Shown here piece by piece: positions 38,470 to 49,028 of a DNA stretch of 64,000 nt. Below the pieces are notes generated by a model. The model was given only the letters and a program-made list of their open reading frames with translations. It did no database searches and had not been told where the DNA came from. This stretch comes from Desulfobacterales bacterium (GTDB taxonomy: Bacteria > Desulfobacterota > Desulfobacteria > Desulfobacterales > UBA2245), in assembly GCA_040771865.1 (NCBI GenBank), contig JAXGZF010000003.1:1-64000 (forward strand), given 5' to 3'. How positions within the stretch are numbered: position 1 is the first letter of the stretch; the number at the start of each line of letters is the position of its first letter. Both the position numbers and the translations under genes were made by a program.

Positions 38470-41400
38470 ATGCTATCGAGATTCTTTCTGGACCGGCCGG
38501 TTTTTGCATGGGTCATCGCCATCGTCATGATGGCCGCGGGCGCGCTGGCGATCTACAACCTGCCCGTATCGCAGTACCCCCCAATCGCCCCGCCGTCCAT
38601 CGCCATCACCGCCTTCTATCCGGGGGCCTCGGCTGAGACCGTTGAAAACAGCGTGACTCAGATCATCGAGCAGAAGATGACCGGCTTCGACAAGCTGCTC
38701 TACCTTTCCGCCAGCAGCGATTCGTCGGGCCAGTCCCGCATCGAGCTGACCTTCGCGCCGGGAACCGATCCGGACATGGCCTGGTCCCAGGTGCAGAACA
38801 AACTCCAGCTCGCCATGGCGAGCCTGCCCGAGATGGTCTCGCGGCAGGGGGTCAAGGTCAGCAAATCCACGCGAAATTACCTGATGGTCGTGGGCATGAT
38901 CTCGGAAGACGGCAGCATGGACGGAAACGACCTGCGCGACTACGCGCAATCCAACCTGGAGAAGGTGCTTTCGCGCGTGCCGGGGGTGGGCGAGGTCGAG
39001 ATTTTCGGCAGCCAGTACGCCATGCGCGTCTGGCTGAACCCCGACAAACTGACCGATTACCGGATGACGGTTCAGGATGTCATCACGGCGATCGGGACCT
39101 ACAACGTGGAGGTGTCCGCCGGACAGTTCGGCGGATCGCCGGCGGTGAAAGGCCAGCGCCTGAATGCCGCCATCATCGTTCAGAGTCTGCTCAAGACGCC
39201 CGAGGAGTTTGCCGCAATTCCCCTGCGCATCAACCCGGACGGCTCGGTCGTGCGGATCAGCGATGTGGGGCGGGCGGAACTGGGCGCCGAATTCTACGAC
39301 ATTCAAGGGTATTTCAACGGCAAACCCTCCGCCGCCATGGCCATCCGTCAGGCCGCCGGCGCCAATGCCCTGGAGACGGCCGACAACATCCGGAACAAGC
39401 TGGACGAGATGAGCCATTACTTTCCCGCGGGCATGAAGATCGTTTATCCCTACGACACCACGCCCTTTGTCCGGGTGGCCATCTACGAGGTGGTCAAGAC
39501 CCTTTTTGAGGCGATCCTGCTGGTTTTTCTGGTGATGTATCTGTTCATGGGAAATTTCCGGGCCACCCTGATTCCGACCATCGCCGTTCCGGTGGTGATT
39601 CTGGGAACCTTCGCGGTGCTGGGGTTTTTCGGATTTTCCATCAACATGCTGACGATGTTTGCCATGGTGCTGGCCATAGGCCTTCTGGTGGACGACGCCA
39701 TCGTGGTGGTGGAGAACGTGGAGCGCATCATGAGCGAGGAGGGCCTCTCGCCCAAGGAGGCCACCCGGAAGTCCATGGAGGAGATCACCAGCGCGCTGAT
39801 CGGCATCGGGCTGGTCCTTTCCGCAGTCTTCGGCCCGATGGCGTTTTTCGGCGGGTCCACGGGGGTCATCTACCGGCAGTTCTCCGTCACCATCATCGCC
39901 TCCATGCTGCTTTCCGTGGTGGTGGCGCTGATTCTGACGCCCGTGCTCTGCGCATCGCTCCTCAAGCCGGTGCCGGAGGGGCACGAGGCGGACAAGGCGA
40001 TCTTTTTCATGCGCCCCTTCTTCAGATGGTTCAACAGCGGCTTTTACGGCTTAAGGCGCCTGTATGTGAACCTGGTCCACCAGACTTTTTCCAAGAGGCT
40101 GCGCTTCCTGGTCGTTTTCCTGATGATTCTGGCGGGCATGGGGTATCTGTTCCACCGCATGCCCACGGCCTATCTCCCGGACGAGGACCAGGGGATCATG
40201 ATGGTCCAGGCCCTGCTTCCGGCAAATTCGTCCCTGGAACAGACCGAGCGAGTCATGCGGGACGTTCAGAAGTATTTTCTCGAGCAGGAGAAAGAGGCGG
40301 TCGAATCCCTCATGACGGTTGCTGGCATCAACTTCTCCGGCCGGGGACAGAACGCGGGGCTGGCCTTCGTCAAGCTGAGGGACTGGGAGCTTCGGGACCG
40401 GCCGGATCTGAGGGTGGGCGCCGTGGCGGGAAGGGCCATGGGATATTTTTCCAAGCTCCGCAACGCGATGGTCTTTGCTTTTGCGCCGCCGGCGGTTATC
40501 GAACTGGGGCAGGCAAAGGGATTTGATTTTCAGCTGCTGGACCGGGGCGGTCTCGGGCATGCCGAGCTGATGGCGGCCCGCAACCAGCTTCTCGGCATGG
40601 CGGCCATGGACCCGGCATTGACCAAGGTTCGGCCCAATGCGCTGGAGGATGTGCCCGAATACCGGATCGATGTGGACTGGGACAAGGCCGGCGCGCTGGG
40701 AGCGCCCATCAACTCCATTCACAACACGATCTCCGCGGCCTTCGGCAGCGCCTACGTCAACGACTTCATTCAGGCCGGCCGGGTCAAGCGGGTGTACGTA
40801 CAGGCGGACGCCCCCTACCGCATGCTGCCCGACAATCTGGAAAAATACCATGTGCGCAGCAGCTCGGGCAAGATGGTTCCCTTTTCCGCCTTTGCTTCCG
40901 GCAACTGGGCTTCCGGTTCTCCGAAGCTGCAGCGCTACAACGGCTTTCCCTCCATCAACATTCAGGGCGAGTCGGCGCCGGGCAGGAGTTCCGGCGAGGC
41001 GATGGCGGCCATGGAAGGGTTTGTCGAAAAGCTGCCGCCGGGAACCGGTTTTGACTGGACCGGGCTGTCCTACCAGGAACGGATGTCGAGTTCCCAGGCG
41101 CCCCTGCTGTACGCCTTTTCCGTTTTCGTGATCTTCCTGTGCCTGGCGGCGCTTTACGAGAGCTGGCCCATTCCCATTTCGGTGCTGCTTACCCTGCCCC
41201 TGGGGGCGATCGGCGGCGTCATCGCCTCAAGCCTGAGAGGGCTGCCCAACGACGTCTATTTTCAGATCGGACTGCTGACCACCCTGGGCCTGGCCACCAA
41301 GAACGCCATCCTGATCGTTCAGTTTGCCAAGGCCGGGCGGGGCCGGGGAATGGATCTGATCGAGGCCACGCTGGAGGGCGCGAAACTGCGGTTCCGCCCG

Positions 41401-41712
41401 ATTATCATGACCTCGCTGGCCTTCGGCTTCGGCGTTCTGCCGCTGGCCCTGAGCACCGGGGCCGGCGCCGGCGCCCAGAACGCCATCGGCACCGGCGTGC
41501 TGGGAGGCATGGTAACGGCTACCGTTCTGGTCGTGATTTTTGCTCCGCTCTTCTACGTGCTGATCGAAAAAATCGTGAGCAGACTCAAGGGGCCGAAGGC
41601 GGCTGCGGCGTCGGATGAAACGCGTTCCCACCGCATCGGCGTGATCCACCCGGACCAGACCGATGAGGGAAAGACAGCCGCGACAGAAGACAGAAATCCA
41701 TTAGAGGATTGA
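38470..41712 (+). CDS. acrB: HAE1 RND efflux permease (AcrB/MexB-like)
   Basis: FFLDRPVFAWVIAI, GLLVDDAIVVVENVER, KNAILIV, RPIIMTSLAF. Confidence 0.95.
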   Translation: MLSRFFLDRPVFAWVIAIVMMAAGALAIYNLPVSQYPPIAPPSIAITAFYPGASAETVENSVTQIIEQKMTGFDKLLYLSASSDSSGQSRIELTFAPGTDPDMAWSQVQNKLQLAMASLPEMVSRQGVKVSKSTRNYLMVVGMISEDGSMDGNDLRDYAQSNLEKVLSRVPGVGEVEIFGSQYAMRVWLNPDKLTDYRMTVQDVITAIGTYNVEVSAGQFGGSPAVKGQRLNAAIIVQSLLKTPEEFAAIPLRINPDGSVVRISDVGRAELGAEFYDIQGYFNGKPSAAMAIRQAAGANALETADNIRNKLDEMSHYFPAGMKIVYPYDTTPFVRVAIYEVVKTLFEAILLVFLVMYLFMGNFRATLIPTIAVPVVILGTFAVLGFFGFSINMLTMFAMVLAIGLLVDDAIVVVENVERIMSEEGLSPKEATRKSMEEITSALIGIGLVLSAVFGPMAFFGGSTGVIYRQFSVTIIASMLLSVVVALILTPVLCASLLKPVPEGHEADKAIFFMRPFFRWFNSGFYGLRRLYVNLVHQTFSKRLRFLVVFLMILAGMGYLFHRMPTAYLPDEDQGIMMVQALLPANSSLEQTERVMRDVQKYFLEQEKEAVESLMTVAGINFSGRGQNAGLAFVKLRDWELRDRPDLRVGAVAGRAMGYFSKLRNAMVFAFAPPAVIELGQAKGFDFQLLDRGGLGHAELMAARNQLLGMAAMDPALTKVRPNALEDVPEYRIDVDWDKAGALGAPINSIHNTISAAFGSAYVNDFIQAGRVKRVYVQADAPYRMLPDNLEKYHVRSSSGKMVPFSAFASGNWASGSPKLQRYNGFPSINIQGESAPGRSSGEAMAAMEGFVEKLPPGTGFDWTGLSYQERMSSSQAPLLYAFSVFVIFLCLAALYESWPIPISVLLTLPLGAIGGVIASSLRGLPNDVYFQIGLLTTLGLATKNAILIVQFAKAGRGRGMDLIEATLEGAKLRFRPIIMTSLAFGFGVLPLALSTGAGAGAQNAIGTGVLGGMVTATVLVVIFAPLFYVLIEKIVSRLKGPKAAAASDETRSHRIGVIHPDQTDEGKTAATEDRNPLED

Positions 41713-41716
41713 TGAT

Positions 41717-43141
41717 ATGAAAACAAACCGGTTTCTTCTGCTGGGTGCAATCGTCGCCCTTCTTGGCGGGTGCTCCCTGGCCCCTGAGTACAAGCGCCCC
41801 GAGGCGCCCGTTCCTGCCGACTGGCCCACGGGAGCGGCCTATTCGGAAACGGCGTCCGCCCATGCGTCACCGGCGGCGGAATTGCCCTGGCGGGAGTTCA
41901 TTGTCGATGAACGCCTGCAACAGGTCATCGAAACGGCCCTGAACAACAACCGCGACATGCGGCTGGCCGCTTTGAACGTTGAGCGGGCGCGGGCGCTTTA
42001 CAGGGTTCAGCGCAACGAACTGCTGCCGTCGGTCGAGGCGGTCGGCAGCGGGATTAAGGAACGCCTTCCGGCTGACATCGCGTCCTCCGGGCGCGCGACG
42101 ACCCGGGAGCAGTACAGCATCGATTTCGGCATCAGTTCCTGGGAAATCGACTTCTTTGGCCGCATCCGCAGCCTGGAAGACCGTGCTCTGGAAGAATATA
42201 TGGCTACGGATCAGGCTCGCCGCAGCACGCAGATCCTCCTGATATCAGAGGCGGCCCGCGCCTGGTTTACCCTGGCCGCCGACTCCGAGAACCTGGAACT
42301 CTCCCGATCCACCCTCGAGGCTCAGCAGGCCTCTTACGATCTGATTCAGAAACGGTATGAGGTCGGAATCTCATCCGAGCTGGATCTGCGCCAGGCGCAG
42401 ACTCAGGTGGATACGGCCCGCAGAAACGTCGCCGTTTACACCCAGCTGGCGGCCCAGGATCAAAACGCCCTGAATCTCGTGGCGGGGACGCCCCTGCCGC
42501 CGGAGCTCCTGCCGGCGGAGCTGAGCGGCGTCCAGCCTCCGAAAGAGATTTCTCCCGGCCTGTCCTCCGAGGTGCTCCTGTATCGGCCCGATGTGCTGGC
42601 GGCGGAGCACCTGCTCAAAGCAGCTCATGCCAATATCGGCGCGGCCCGGGCGGCCCTGTTTCCCCGCATCGCGCTGACGGCCGCCATTGGAACCGCCAGT
42701 GCGGATCTGTCCAGGCTTTTTAATACCGGGCAGGATACCTGGAATTTCGCGCCGCGGATTGCTGTGCCGATTTTCGATGCCCGCACCTGGGCGGCGTACG
42801 ATGTCACAAAAGTGGAGCGGGAGATTTCAGTGGCCCAGTACGAGAAGACGATTCAGACGGCCTTCCGGGAGGTGGCGGATGCCCTGGCTCAGAGGGGTAC
42901 CGTCGGAGAACAGCTGGCGGCCCAGGAGTCCCTGGTAGAAGCCACCGCCGCGACTTACCGGCTCTCCGACGCCCGCTACAACGGCGGGATCGACAGCTAC
43001 CTGAATGTTCTGGACGCCCAGCGCTCCCTTTTCAGAGCCCGGCAGGTGCTGACCGACCTTCGCATGATCCGGCTCGCCAACCGTGTCGCCCTCTACAAGG
43101 CGCTGGGGGGCGGAGCGCCGGCGGATTTCGGTAAAGAATAG
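41717..43141 (+). CDS. OprM/NodT-family outer-membrane efflux lipoprotein
   Basis: LGGCSLAPEY, RPDVLAAE, AFREVADAL, LYKALGGG. Confidence 0.92.
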   Translation: MKTNRFLLLGAIVALLGGCSLAPEYKRPEAPVPADWPTGAAYSETASAHASPAAELPWREFIVDERLQQVIETALNNNRDMRLAALNVERARALYRVQRNELLPSVEAVGSGIKERLPADIASSGRATTREQYSIDFGISSWEIDFFGRIRSLEDRALEEYMATDQARRSTQILLISEAARAWFTLAADSENLELSRSTLEAQQASYDLIQKRYEVGISSELDLRQAQTQVDTARRNVAVYTQLAAQDQNALNLVAGTPLPPELLPAELSGVQPPKEISPGLSSEVLLYRPDVLAAEHLLKAAHANIGAARAALFPRIALTAAIGTASADLSRLFNTGQDTWNFAPRIAVPIFDARTWAAYDVTKVEREISVAQYEKTIQTAFREVADALAQRGTVGEQLAAQESLVEATAATYRLSDARYNGGIDSYLNVLDAQRSLFRARQVLTDLRMIRLANRVALYKALGGGAPADFGKE

Positions 43142-43214
43142 GCGGAATCTCGTACACTTGCCGGCAAGGGGCCGGAACAGCGGGTTTCTTCTGTAAAACC
43201 GGAGGAGAAAAAAC

Positions 43215-43634
43215 ATGAAATCGTACCGAAAAGAGTTATGGATCGAGATTCCGAGCAGAATGGGTTTCCTGAATATCACCGAGCAGGTTGCGAAATGCCT
43301 TGAGGAAAGTGAAATACAGGAAGGTTTTGCACTCATCAATGCGAGGCATTTGACGGCTTCCGTATTTATCAACGTGAATGAACCGGGCTTGCTTCGGGAT
43401 TATGAAACCTGGCTGGAAAAACTGGCGCCGTACGAGCCGATCACCCAGTACCGGCATAACGATACCGGAGGAACCAACGGAGACGGCCACCTGAAAAGGC
43501 AGATCATGGGAAGGGAGGTCGTTGTCGCCGTCACGGATAGTGCCCTGGATCTGGGACCGTTTGAGCAGATATTTTATGGAGAGTTCGACGGCCTTCGAAA
43601 AAAGCGGGTGCTGGTGAAGATCATCGGCGAATGA
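43215..43634 (+). CDS. yjbQ: YjbQ/UPF0047 family protein
   Basis: [28 protein letters not shown]. Confidence 0.88.
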   Translation: MKSYRKELWIEIPSRMGFLNITEQVAKCLEESEIQEGFALINARHLTASVFINVNEPGLLRDYETWLEKLAPYEPITQYRHNDTGGTNGDGHLKRQIMGREVVVAVTDSALDLGPFEQIFYGEFDGLRKKRVLVKIIGE

Positions 43635-43675
43635 CCTTTTTATTTTACCATGAAGGCCGCGAAGCGCACGAAGGT

Positions 43676-43826
43676 TTAACAGGCTGTTGAAAAACTGCGC
43701 CTGAGGCCGCCATTCAGCGTTGCGCGGCTCTCGCCAATGCTCACATATGCTTGAATATGCTGTGCTTGTCGCATCGCCGCGCGCCTTGCCTGACGGCCTG
43801 ATTCTTGTTTTTCAACACCCTGTTAA
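43676..43826 (+). mobile_element. 151-bp MITE-like element, copy 4
   Basis: Near-identical to copy 2; TTAA at both ends. Confidence 0.88.
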
Positions 43827-43938
43827 AGGAATGAAGGCCTTCATTTTTCCCGTCCCTTGCTGGGGGAGCGGCCGGCCGCTTTTCTTTGATTTTTCCCCTG
43901 CTTGATATTTCATCAACGGGTGATTATAGTTTCTGAAC

Positions 43939-45669
43939 ATGGAACCCAAAAATGAAAAAATACCCAGCCCGAATGAGCTTGAGAAGGAAATCAGCGAATT
44001 TCTTTCCAAAAAATTCGGCGGCAATGTCAAGGTCGTCTCGCCGGTCGTGCAGCCCATGGAAGCGGAAACCGAAGATCCGGGCGAGCTTGTCAGAAAATCA
44101 AAACCCATCGACTTCGATCTCAAGCCTGAAGAGCTGATCGCCTTTCTGGACCGGTACATCGTCAAGCAGGACAGTGCCAAGGCGATTCTGGCCACCAAGA
44201 TCTGCACGCATTTCAACCGGATCAGCAGGGACCGGTCGTCCCGGTTTTCACCGGACGACATGGTCGGAAAAATCAAGAGCAACGTGCTGCTGATCGGCCC
44301 CACCGGCGTGGGCAAGACCTATATGATCAAGCTGATCGCCCAGAAGATCGGAGTGCCCTTTGTCAAGGGAGACGCCACCAAGTTCAGCGAAACCGGCTAT
44401 GTGGGCGGCGATGTGGAGGATCTGGTCCGGGATCTGGTCCGGGAGGCGGACAACGACATCGAACTGGCCCAGTCCGGCATCATCTACATCGATGAGATCG
44501 ACAAGATCGCTTCGAGTCGCAACCTCGTAGGACCGGATGTGTCGAGAACCGGTGTTCAGCGAGCGCTTTTAAAGCCCATGGAGGAGACCGAGGTCGACCT
44601 GAAGGTGCCTCACGACCCGATCTCCATGATTCAGGAAATCGAAAGGTTCCGCAGGACCGGAAAACGCGACCGGCAGTCGGTGAATACCCGGAACATCCTT
44701 TTTATCATGAGCGGGGCTTTCAACGAGCTCGACGAGATCATCCGGCGCCGGATCGCCAAGCAGGCGATCGGGTTCGGCGCCAGCGTAGGAAAATTCAAGG
44801 ATTCATCCGTGGTTCTGGCTCAGCTCAAATCCGAGGACCTGGTCGAATACGGATTCGAATCCGAGTTCGTGGGCCGGCTTCCGGTCCGGGCCGTGCTGGA
44901 CCGGCTGACCGAGGAGGATTTGTACGAGATTCTCAGGAACCCCAATAACCCGATCATTCTGGGAAAGAAACTGGATTTTGCCGCTTACGGCATCACGGTG
45001 AAATTCGAGGATGCCCTGCTTCGCCGCCTGGCCAGCAGCGCATATGACGAAAACACCGGCGCCAGAGGGCTGGTCAGCACGGTTGAAAAAGCCCTGCTGC
45101 CCTTTGAAAAGCACCTGCCCTCAACGGACGTCAAAAATTTCCCCGCGTCCCTTGAAATCGTTCAGGCGCCGGATTCCAGTCTGGCGGCTCTGGAAACCGA
45201 CTCGGGCCGGCAGCACTGGAACCGGATTTTCGATGCCCTGGTTCTTCAGGAGCAGCGGGACATCATCTCGTACGTAACGCTTCACAAACAGACGCTTGCC
45301 GGAAAATACCGAATCGACCTGGTTCCCTCGCGCATCGAAAACATTGCCCGTTTCTACGGCCTTCACAACACGGACATCGAGACCGTGGTCAGGCAGATCA
45401 AGGCGTATTACGACGAGGTCAAAAAGCTCGAACTCTTCGTCTTTCAGAAGCATCACATCAACATCGTCCTTGAAGACGACGCGGTTGATTTCATCATTGA
45501 ACAAATCGTGAATTTTGGTATAGACCTTGAAAGCGTTTACAAACGGTTTTTGCTGAATTTCGAATACGGGTTGAACCTGGTCCGGGACAAGACCGGAAAA
45601 AACCGGTTTTTCCTGTCGAAAAGCGCGCTGGAAAATCCGGAGGCATTTATCGCCGATCAGCTCAAATAA
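43939..45669 (+). CDS. ClpX-like AAA+ ATPase without zinc-binding domain, with C-terminal extension
   Basis: KSNVLLIGPTGVGKT, GYVGGDVE, IYIDEIDKI, IGF loop, TGARGL; no N-terminal CxxC pair. Confidence 0.85.
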   Translation: MEPKNEKIPSPNELEKEISEFLSKKFGGNVKVVSPVVQPMEAETEDPGELVRKSKPIDFDLKPEELIAFLDRYIVKQDSAKAILATKICTHFNRISRDRSSRFSPDDMVGKIKSNVLLIGPTGVGKTYMIKLIAQKIGVPFVKGDATKFSETGYVGGDVEDLVRDLVREADNDIELAQSGIIYIDEIDKIASSRNLVGPDVSRTGVQRALLKPMEETEVDLKVPHDPISMIQEIERFRRTGKRDRQSVNTRNILFIMSGAFNELDEIIRRRIAKQAIGFGASVGKFKDSSVVLAQLKSEDLVEYGFESEFVGRLPVRAVLDRLTEEDLYEILRNPNNPIILGKKLDFAAYGITVKFEDALLRRLASSAYDENTGARGLVSTVEKALLPFEKHLPSTDVKNFPASLEIVQAPDSSLAALETDSGRQHWNRIFDALVLQEQRDIISYVTLHKQTLAGKYRIDLVPSRIENIARFYGLHNTDIETVVRQIKAYYDEVKKLELFVFQKHHINIVLEDDAVDFIIEQIVNFGIDLESVYKRFLLNFEYGLNLVRDKTGKNRFFLSKSALENPEAFIADQLK

Positions 45670-45714
45670 AGGATGGGCGCTGCCAAACTCAAGAAGGAAG
45701 GTATGTAAAATTCA

Positions 45715-46893
45715 ATGATTGGAATATCCAAACTTTACTGCGGAACGGTGGAGCCGTCGGACGCCCTGCGCTACGGTCGCAGGTCTTCAGAACTGCCCTC
45801 CCATCTGCTTCAGTTTTCCAAAGACAAGCGCCCGGTGGTGGTCTGGAACGTCACGCGAAGCTGCAATCTCAAATGCGTGCACTGCTACGCCCATGCCAGG
45901 GATCAACAGTTTGAAAACGAGCTTTCCACGAAGGAAGGCAAGGCCCTGATCGACGATCTGGCGGCATTCGGTGCGCCGGTCATGCTGTTTTCCGGCGGAG
46001 AGCCCCTTGTGCGGAAGGATCTTCCCGAACTGGCCGCCTATGCGGTTGAAAAAGGCATGCGGGCCGTAATCTCCACCAACGGCACGCTGATCACGCCGGA
46101 GCTGGCACGGACCCTGAAAGCCATCGGACTTTCCTACGTGGGCATCAGTCTGGACGGCATGGAGGCGGTCAACGACAGGTTCAGGGGCGTCAAAGGGGCC
46201 TATAAGGCGGCTCTGGACGGCATTCGAAACTCCCAGGCGGCGGGCATCAAGGTAGGGCTTCGCTTCACCATCAACAAGTTCAACGTGTCCGAAATTTCCA
46301 GCATTTTCGATCTGCTCGAGGAAATGGACATTCCACGGGTGTGCTTCTACCATCTGGTGTACGCCGGGCGCGGCTCCAAGCTGGTCGAGGAAGACTGCGA
46401 CCATGATGAGACCCGGGCGGCCGTGGACCTGATCATCGACCGGACGAAAGCGCTTCACGACAAGGGTCTGGACAAGGAAGTGCTCACCGTGGACAACCAC
46501 GCCGACGGCCCTTACGTATATCTCAGGCTGCTGAAGGAGAACCCGGAGCGCGCCGGGGAGGTGCTGGAACTGCTTAAAATGAACGAAGGCAACAACTCGG
46601 GCCGCGGCATCGGCTGCGTGAGCTGGGACGGCCAGGTGCATGCGGACCAGTTCTGGCGGCATTACAGTTTCGGCAACGTGCGTGAGCGTCCGTTCTCGGA
46701 AATCTGGACCGATCTTTCCAATCCCTTGATGATGCGGCTGAAGGAAAAGAAAAAATACGTGACCGGAAGATGCGCGAGCTGCCGCTGGCTGGATATCTGC
46801 GCGGGCAATTTCAGGGTGCGGGCTGAGGCGGTGTACGGCGACGTATGGGCGCCGGATCCGGCGTGCTATCTGACCGACGAAGAAATATCCTGA
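45715..46893 (+). CDS. ahbC: 12,18-didecarboxysiroheme deacetylase (radical SAM)
   Basis: MIGISKLYCG, PSHLLQFS, CNLKCVHCY, VDNHADG, SPASM cysteines. Confidence 0.92.
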   Translation: MIGISKLYCGTVEPSDALRYGRRSSELPSHLLQFSKDKRPVVVWNVTRSCNLKCVHCYAHARDQQFENELSTKEGKALIDDLAAFGAPVMLFSGGEPLVRKDLPELAAYAVEKGMRAVISTNGTLITPELARTLKAIGLSYVGISLDGMEAVNDRFRGVKGAYKAALDGIRNSQAAGIKVGLRFTINKFNVSEISSIFDLLEEMDIPRVCFYHLVYAGRGSKLVEEDCDHDETRAAVDLIIDRTKALHDKGLDKEVLTVDNHADGPYVYLRLLKENPERAGEVLELLKMNEGNNSGRGIGCVSWDGQVHADQFWRHYSFGNVRERPFSEIWTDLSNPLMMRLKEKKKYVTGRCASCRWLDICAGNFRVRAEAVYGDVWAPDPACYLTDEEIS

Positions 46894-46905
46894 AAGGAGC
46901 GAACC

Positions 46906-47880
46906 ATGCTTTTTCCCGACTACCGCCCCAGGCGGCTGAGACAGTCCGAAGCGTTCCGCCGGATGATCCGCGAGACCGTTCTGACCTGCGACGATCTGAT
47001 CCTTCCGCTTTTCGCCGTCAACGGCAAGGGCGTTGAAAACCCGATTCCCTCCATGCCCGGGCACAGCCAGCTTTCCATCGACAAGCTGGTCGTGCAGGCA
47101 AAAAAAGCCTTCGAACTGGGCATTCCGGCGATCATTCTCTTCGGAATTCCAGACAAAAAAGATCCGCTGGGCACCGGCGCCTACGCCCCCGGCGGCATCG
47201 TTCAGAAGGCGGTCAAGGCCGTCAAGGACAAGGTTCCGGAACTGGCCGTGATCACCGATGTCTGCCTGTGCCAGTACACGGATCACGGGCACTGCGGCTT
47301 TGTGGATAAAGACCGGATCGACAACGACGCCTCCCTGGATCTTCTGGCCAGAACCGCCCTTTCCCACGCCAGGGCCGGCGCCGACATGGTCGCCCCCTCG
47401 GACATGATGGACGGTCGGGTCGCCGAAATTCGGGAAACTCTGGACGAGGCCGGTTTCAGCCATGTTCCGATCATGTCCTATGCGGCCAAGTACTGCTCAT
47501 CGTATTACGGACCTTTCCGTCAGGCCGCGGACTCGGCCCCGCAGTTCGGCGACCGCCGGACCTACCAGATGGATCCGGCCAACGCGATCGAGGCTATCCG
47601 TGAGGCGACCATGGATGTCGAGGAGGGCGCCGACATCATCATGGTCAAACCCGCTCTGGCCTATCTGGACATCATCTGCCGGGTCCGCCAGGAAATCGAT
47701 CTTCCCGTGGCCGCCTACAACGTCAGCGGCGAATATTCGATGATCAAGGCTGCTGAAAAGCTCGGCTGGATAGACGGAACCCGGGTGATGATGGAAACTT
47801 TGACCGCCATCAAGCGGGCCGGCGCGGACATGATTCTGACCTATTTCGCCCTGGACGCCGCCAGAATTCTAAACGCATAG
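46906..47880 (+). CDS. hemB: Porphobilinogen synthase
   Basis: [20 protein letters not shown] (Zn site), [20 protein letters not shown]. Confidence 0.97.
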   Translation: MLFPDYRPRRLRQSEAFRRMIRETVLTCDDLILPLFAVNGKGVENPIPSMPGHSQLSIDKLVVQAKKAFELGIPAIILFGIPDKKDPLGTGAYAPGGIVQKAVKAVKDKVPELAVITDVCLCQYTDHGHCGFVDKDRIDNDASLDLLARTALSHARAGADMVAPSDMMDGRVAEIRETLDEAGFSHVPIMSYAAKYCSSYYGPFRQAADSAPQFGDRRTYQMDPANAIEAIREATMDVEEGADIIMVKPALAYLDIICRVRQEIDLPVAAYNVSGEYSMIKAAEKLGWIDGTRVMMETLTAIKRAGADMILTYFALDAARILNA

Positions 47881-47893
47881 AAACGGTTGAACC

Positions 47894-49009
47894 ATGACGC
47901 CTACCCCACCGTATCCTCATCAGAAACACGGACATCCTCATGGAAAACCCGGAGCAGCGGGACTGTCGACGCTTCGGCTGGTGGCCTGGGAAACCACGAG
48001 AAACTGCAACCTTTCCTGTGTGCACTGCCGGGCTGCGGCCACCCAGGGCCCCTACGATGGAGAACTGGATACCGAAAGCTCTCTGCGGCTGCTGGACCAG
48101 ATCGCAGAAGTCGGACAGGCCATCGTGATTCTCACCGGCGGAGAGCCCCTGCTCAGGCCCGATATTTTCGAGATCGCCGCCTACGGCACCCAAAAAGGGC
48201 TTCGCATGGTCATGGCGCCCAACGGCACCCTCATCGACGCCGCGGCGGCCGGGAAAATGGCCGAATCCGGCATCAGGCGCATCAGCATCAGCCTGGACGG
48301 TGCTTCCAGGGAGGTGCACGACCGGTTCCGGGGCGTGGACGGCGCCTTTGAGGGCGCGATCCGCGGCATTCGGGCCGCCAGGAATGCGGGCATCGAGTTT
48401 CAGATCAACACCACGATCACCCAGGCCAATCTAGAAGAGATTCCCAGGATTCAGCAGCTCGCCGTGGATCTCGGGGCAGCGGCCCATCATATCTTCCTTC
48501 TGGTTCCAACCGGCCGGGGCAAGTACATTCTGGATCAGTCCATCACCGCCGAGCAGTATGAAAATACCCTGAACTGGTTCTACGACCAGCGGGATAAAAC
48601 TCCGCTTCAGCTCAAGGCCACCTGCGCGCCGCACTACTACCGGATTCTGCGCCAGCGGGCCAGAGCGGACGGGAAAACCGTCAGCTTCGAGACCCACGGC
48701 CTGGACGCGGTCACCCGCGGCTGCCTGGGCGGAACGGGGTTCTGCTTCATATCCCATCGGGGCGTGGTTCAGCCCTGCGGTTTTCTGAATGTTCCCTGCG
48801 GAGACGTGACCCGGCAGTCTTTCGCCGATGTCTGGAAAAGTTCCGAGGTATTTCTGGCACTGCGGAATCTGGAAAACCTGAAGGGAAAATGCGGAAAATG
48901 CGAATACAAAAGGGTTTGCGGCGGCTGCCGCGCCAGGGCCTTTGAGGCCACGGGCGATTATCTGGCCGAGGAACCCCTGTGCAGTTATCAGCCCTCATCA
49001 ATGCTGTAA
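47894..49009 (+). CDS. ahbD: AdoMet-dependent heme b synthase
   Basis: LRLVAWETTRNCNLSCVHCRA, LVPTGRG, KATCAPHYYR, GCLGG, SPASM. Confidence 0.92.
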   Translation: MTPTPPYPHQKHGHPHGKPGAAGLSTLRLVAWETTRNCNLSCVHCRAAATQGPYDGELDTESSLRLLDQIAEVGQAIVILTGGEPLLRPDIFEIAAYGTQKGLRMVMAPNGTLIDAAAAGKMAESGIRRISISLDGASREVHDRFRGVDGAFEGAIRGIRAARNAGIEFQINTTITQANLEEIPRIQQLAVDLGAAAHHIFLLVPTGRGKYILDQSITAEQYENTLNWFYDQRDKTPLQLKATCAPHYYRILRQRARADGKTVSFETHGLDAVTRGCLGGTGFCFISHRGVVQPCGFLNVPCGDVTRQSFADVWKSSEVFLALRNLENLKGKCGKCEYKRVCGGCRARAFEATGDYLAEEPLCSYQPSSML

Positions 49010-49028
49010 GCGCAAAAAGGAAGCGGTT

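Noticed and set aside
38473..39984. Long antisense ORFs (this one, also 45787-47463, 37210-38436, 10245-11441, 54688-55752)
   Set aside because: They are shadows of well-supported GC-rich genes on the opposite strand and carry no recognisable motifs
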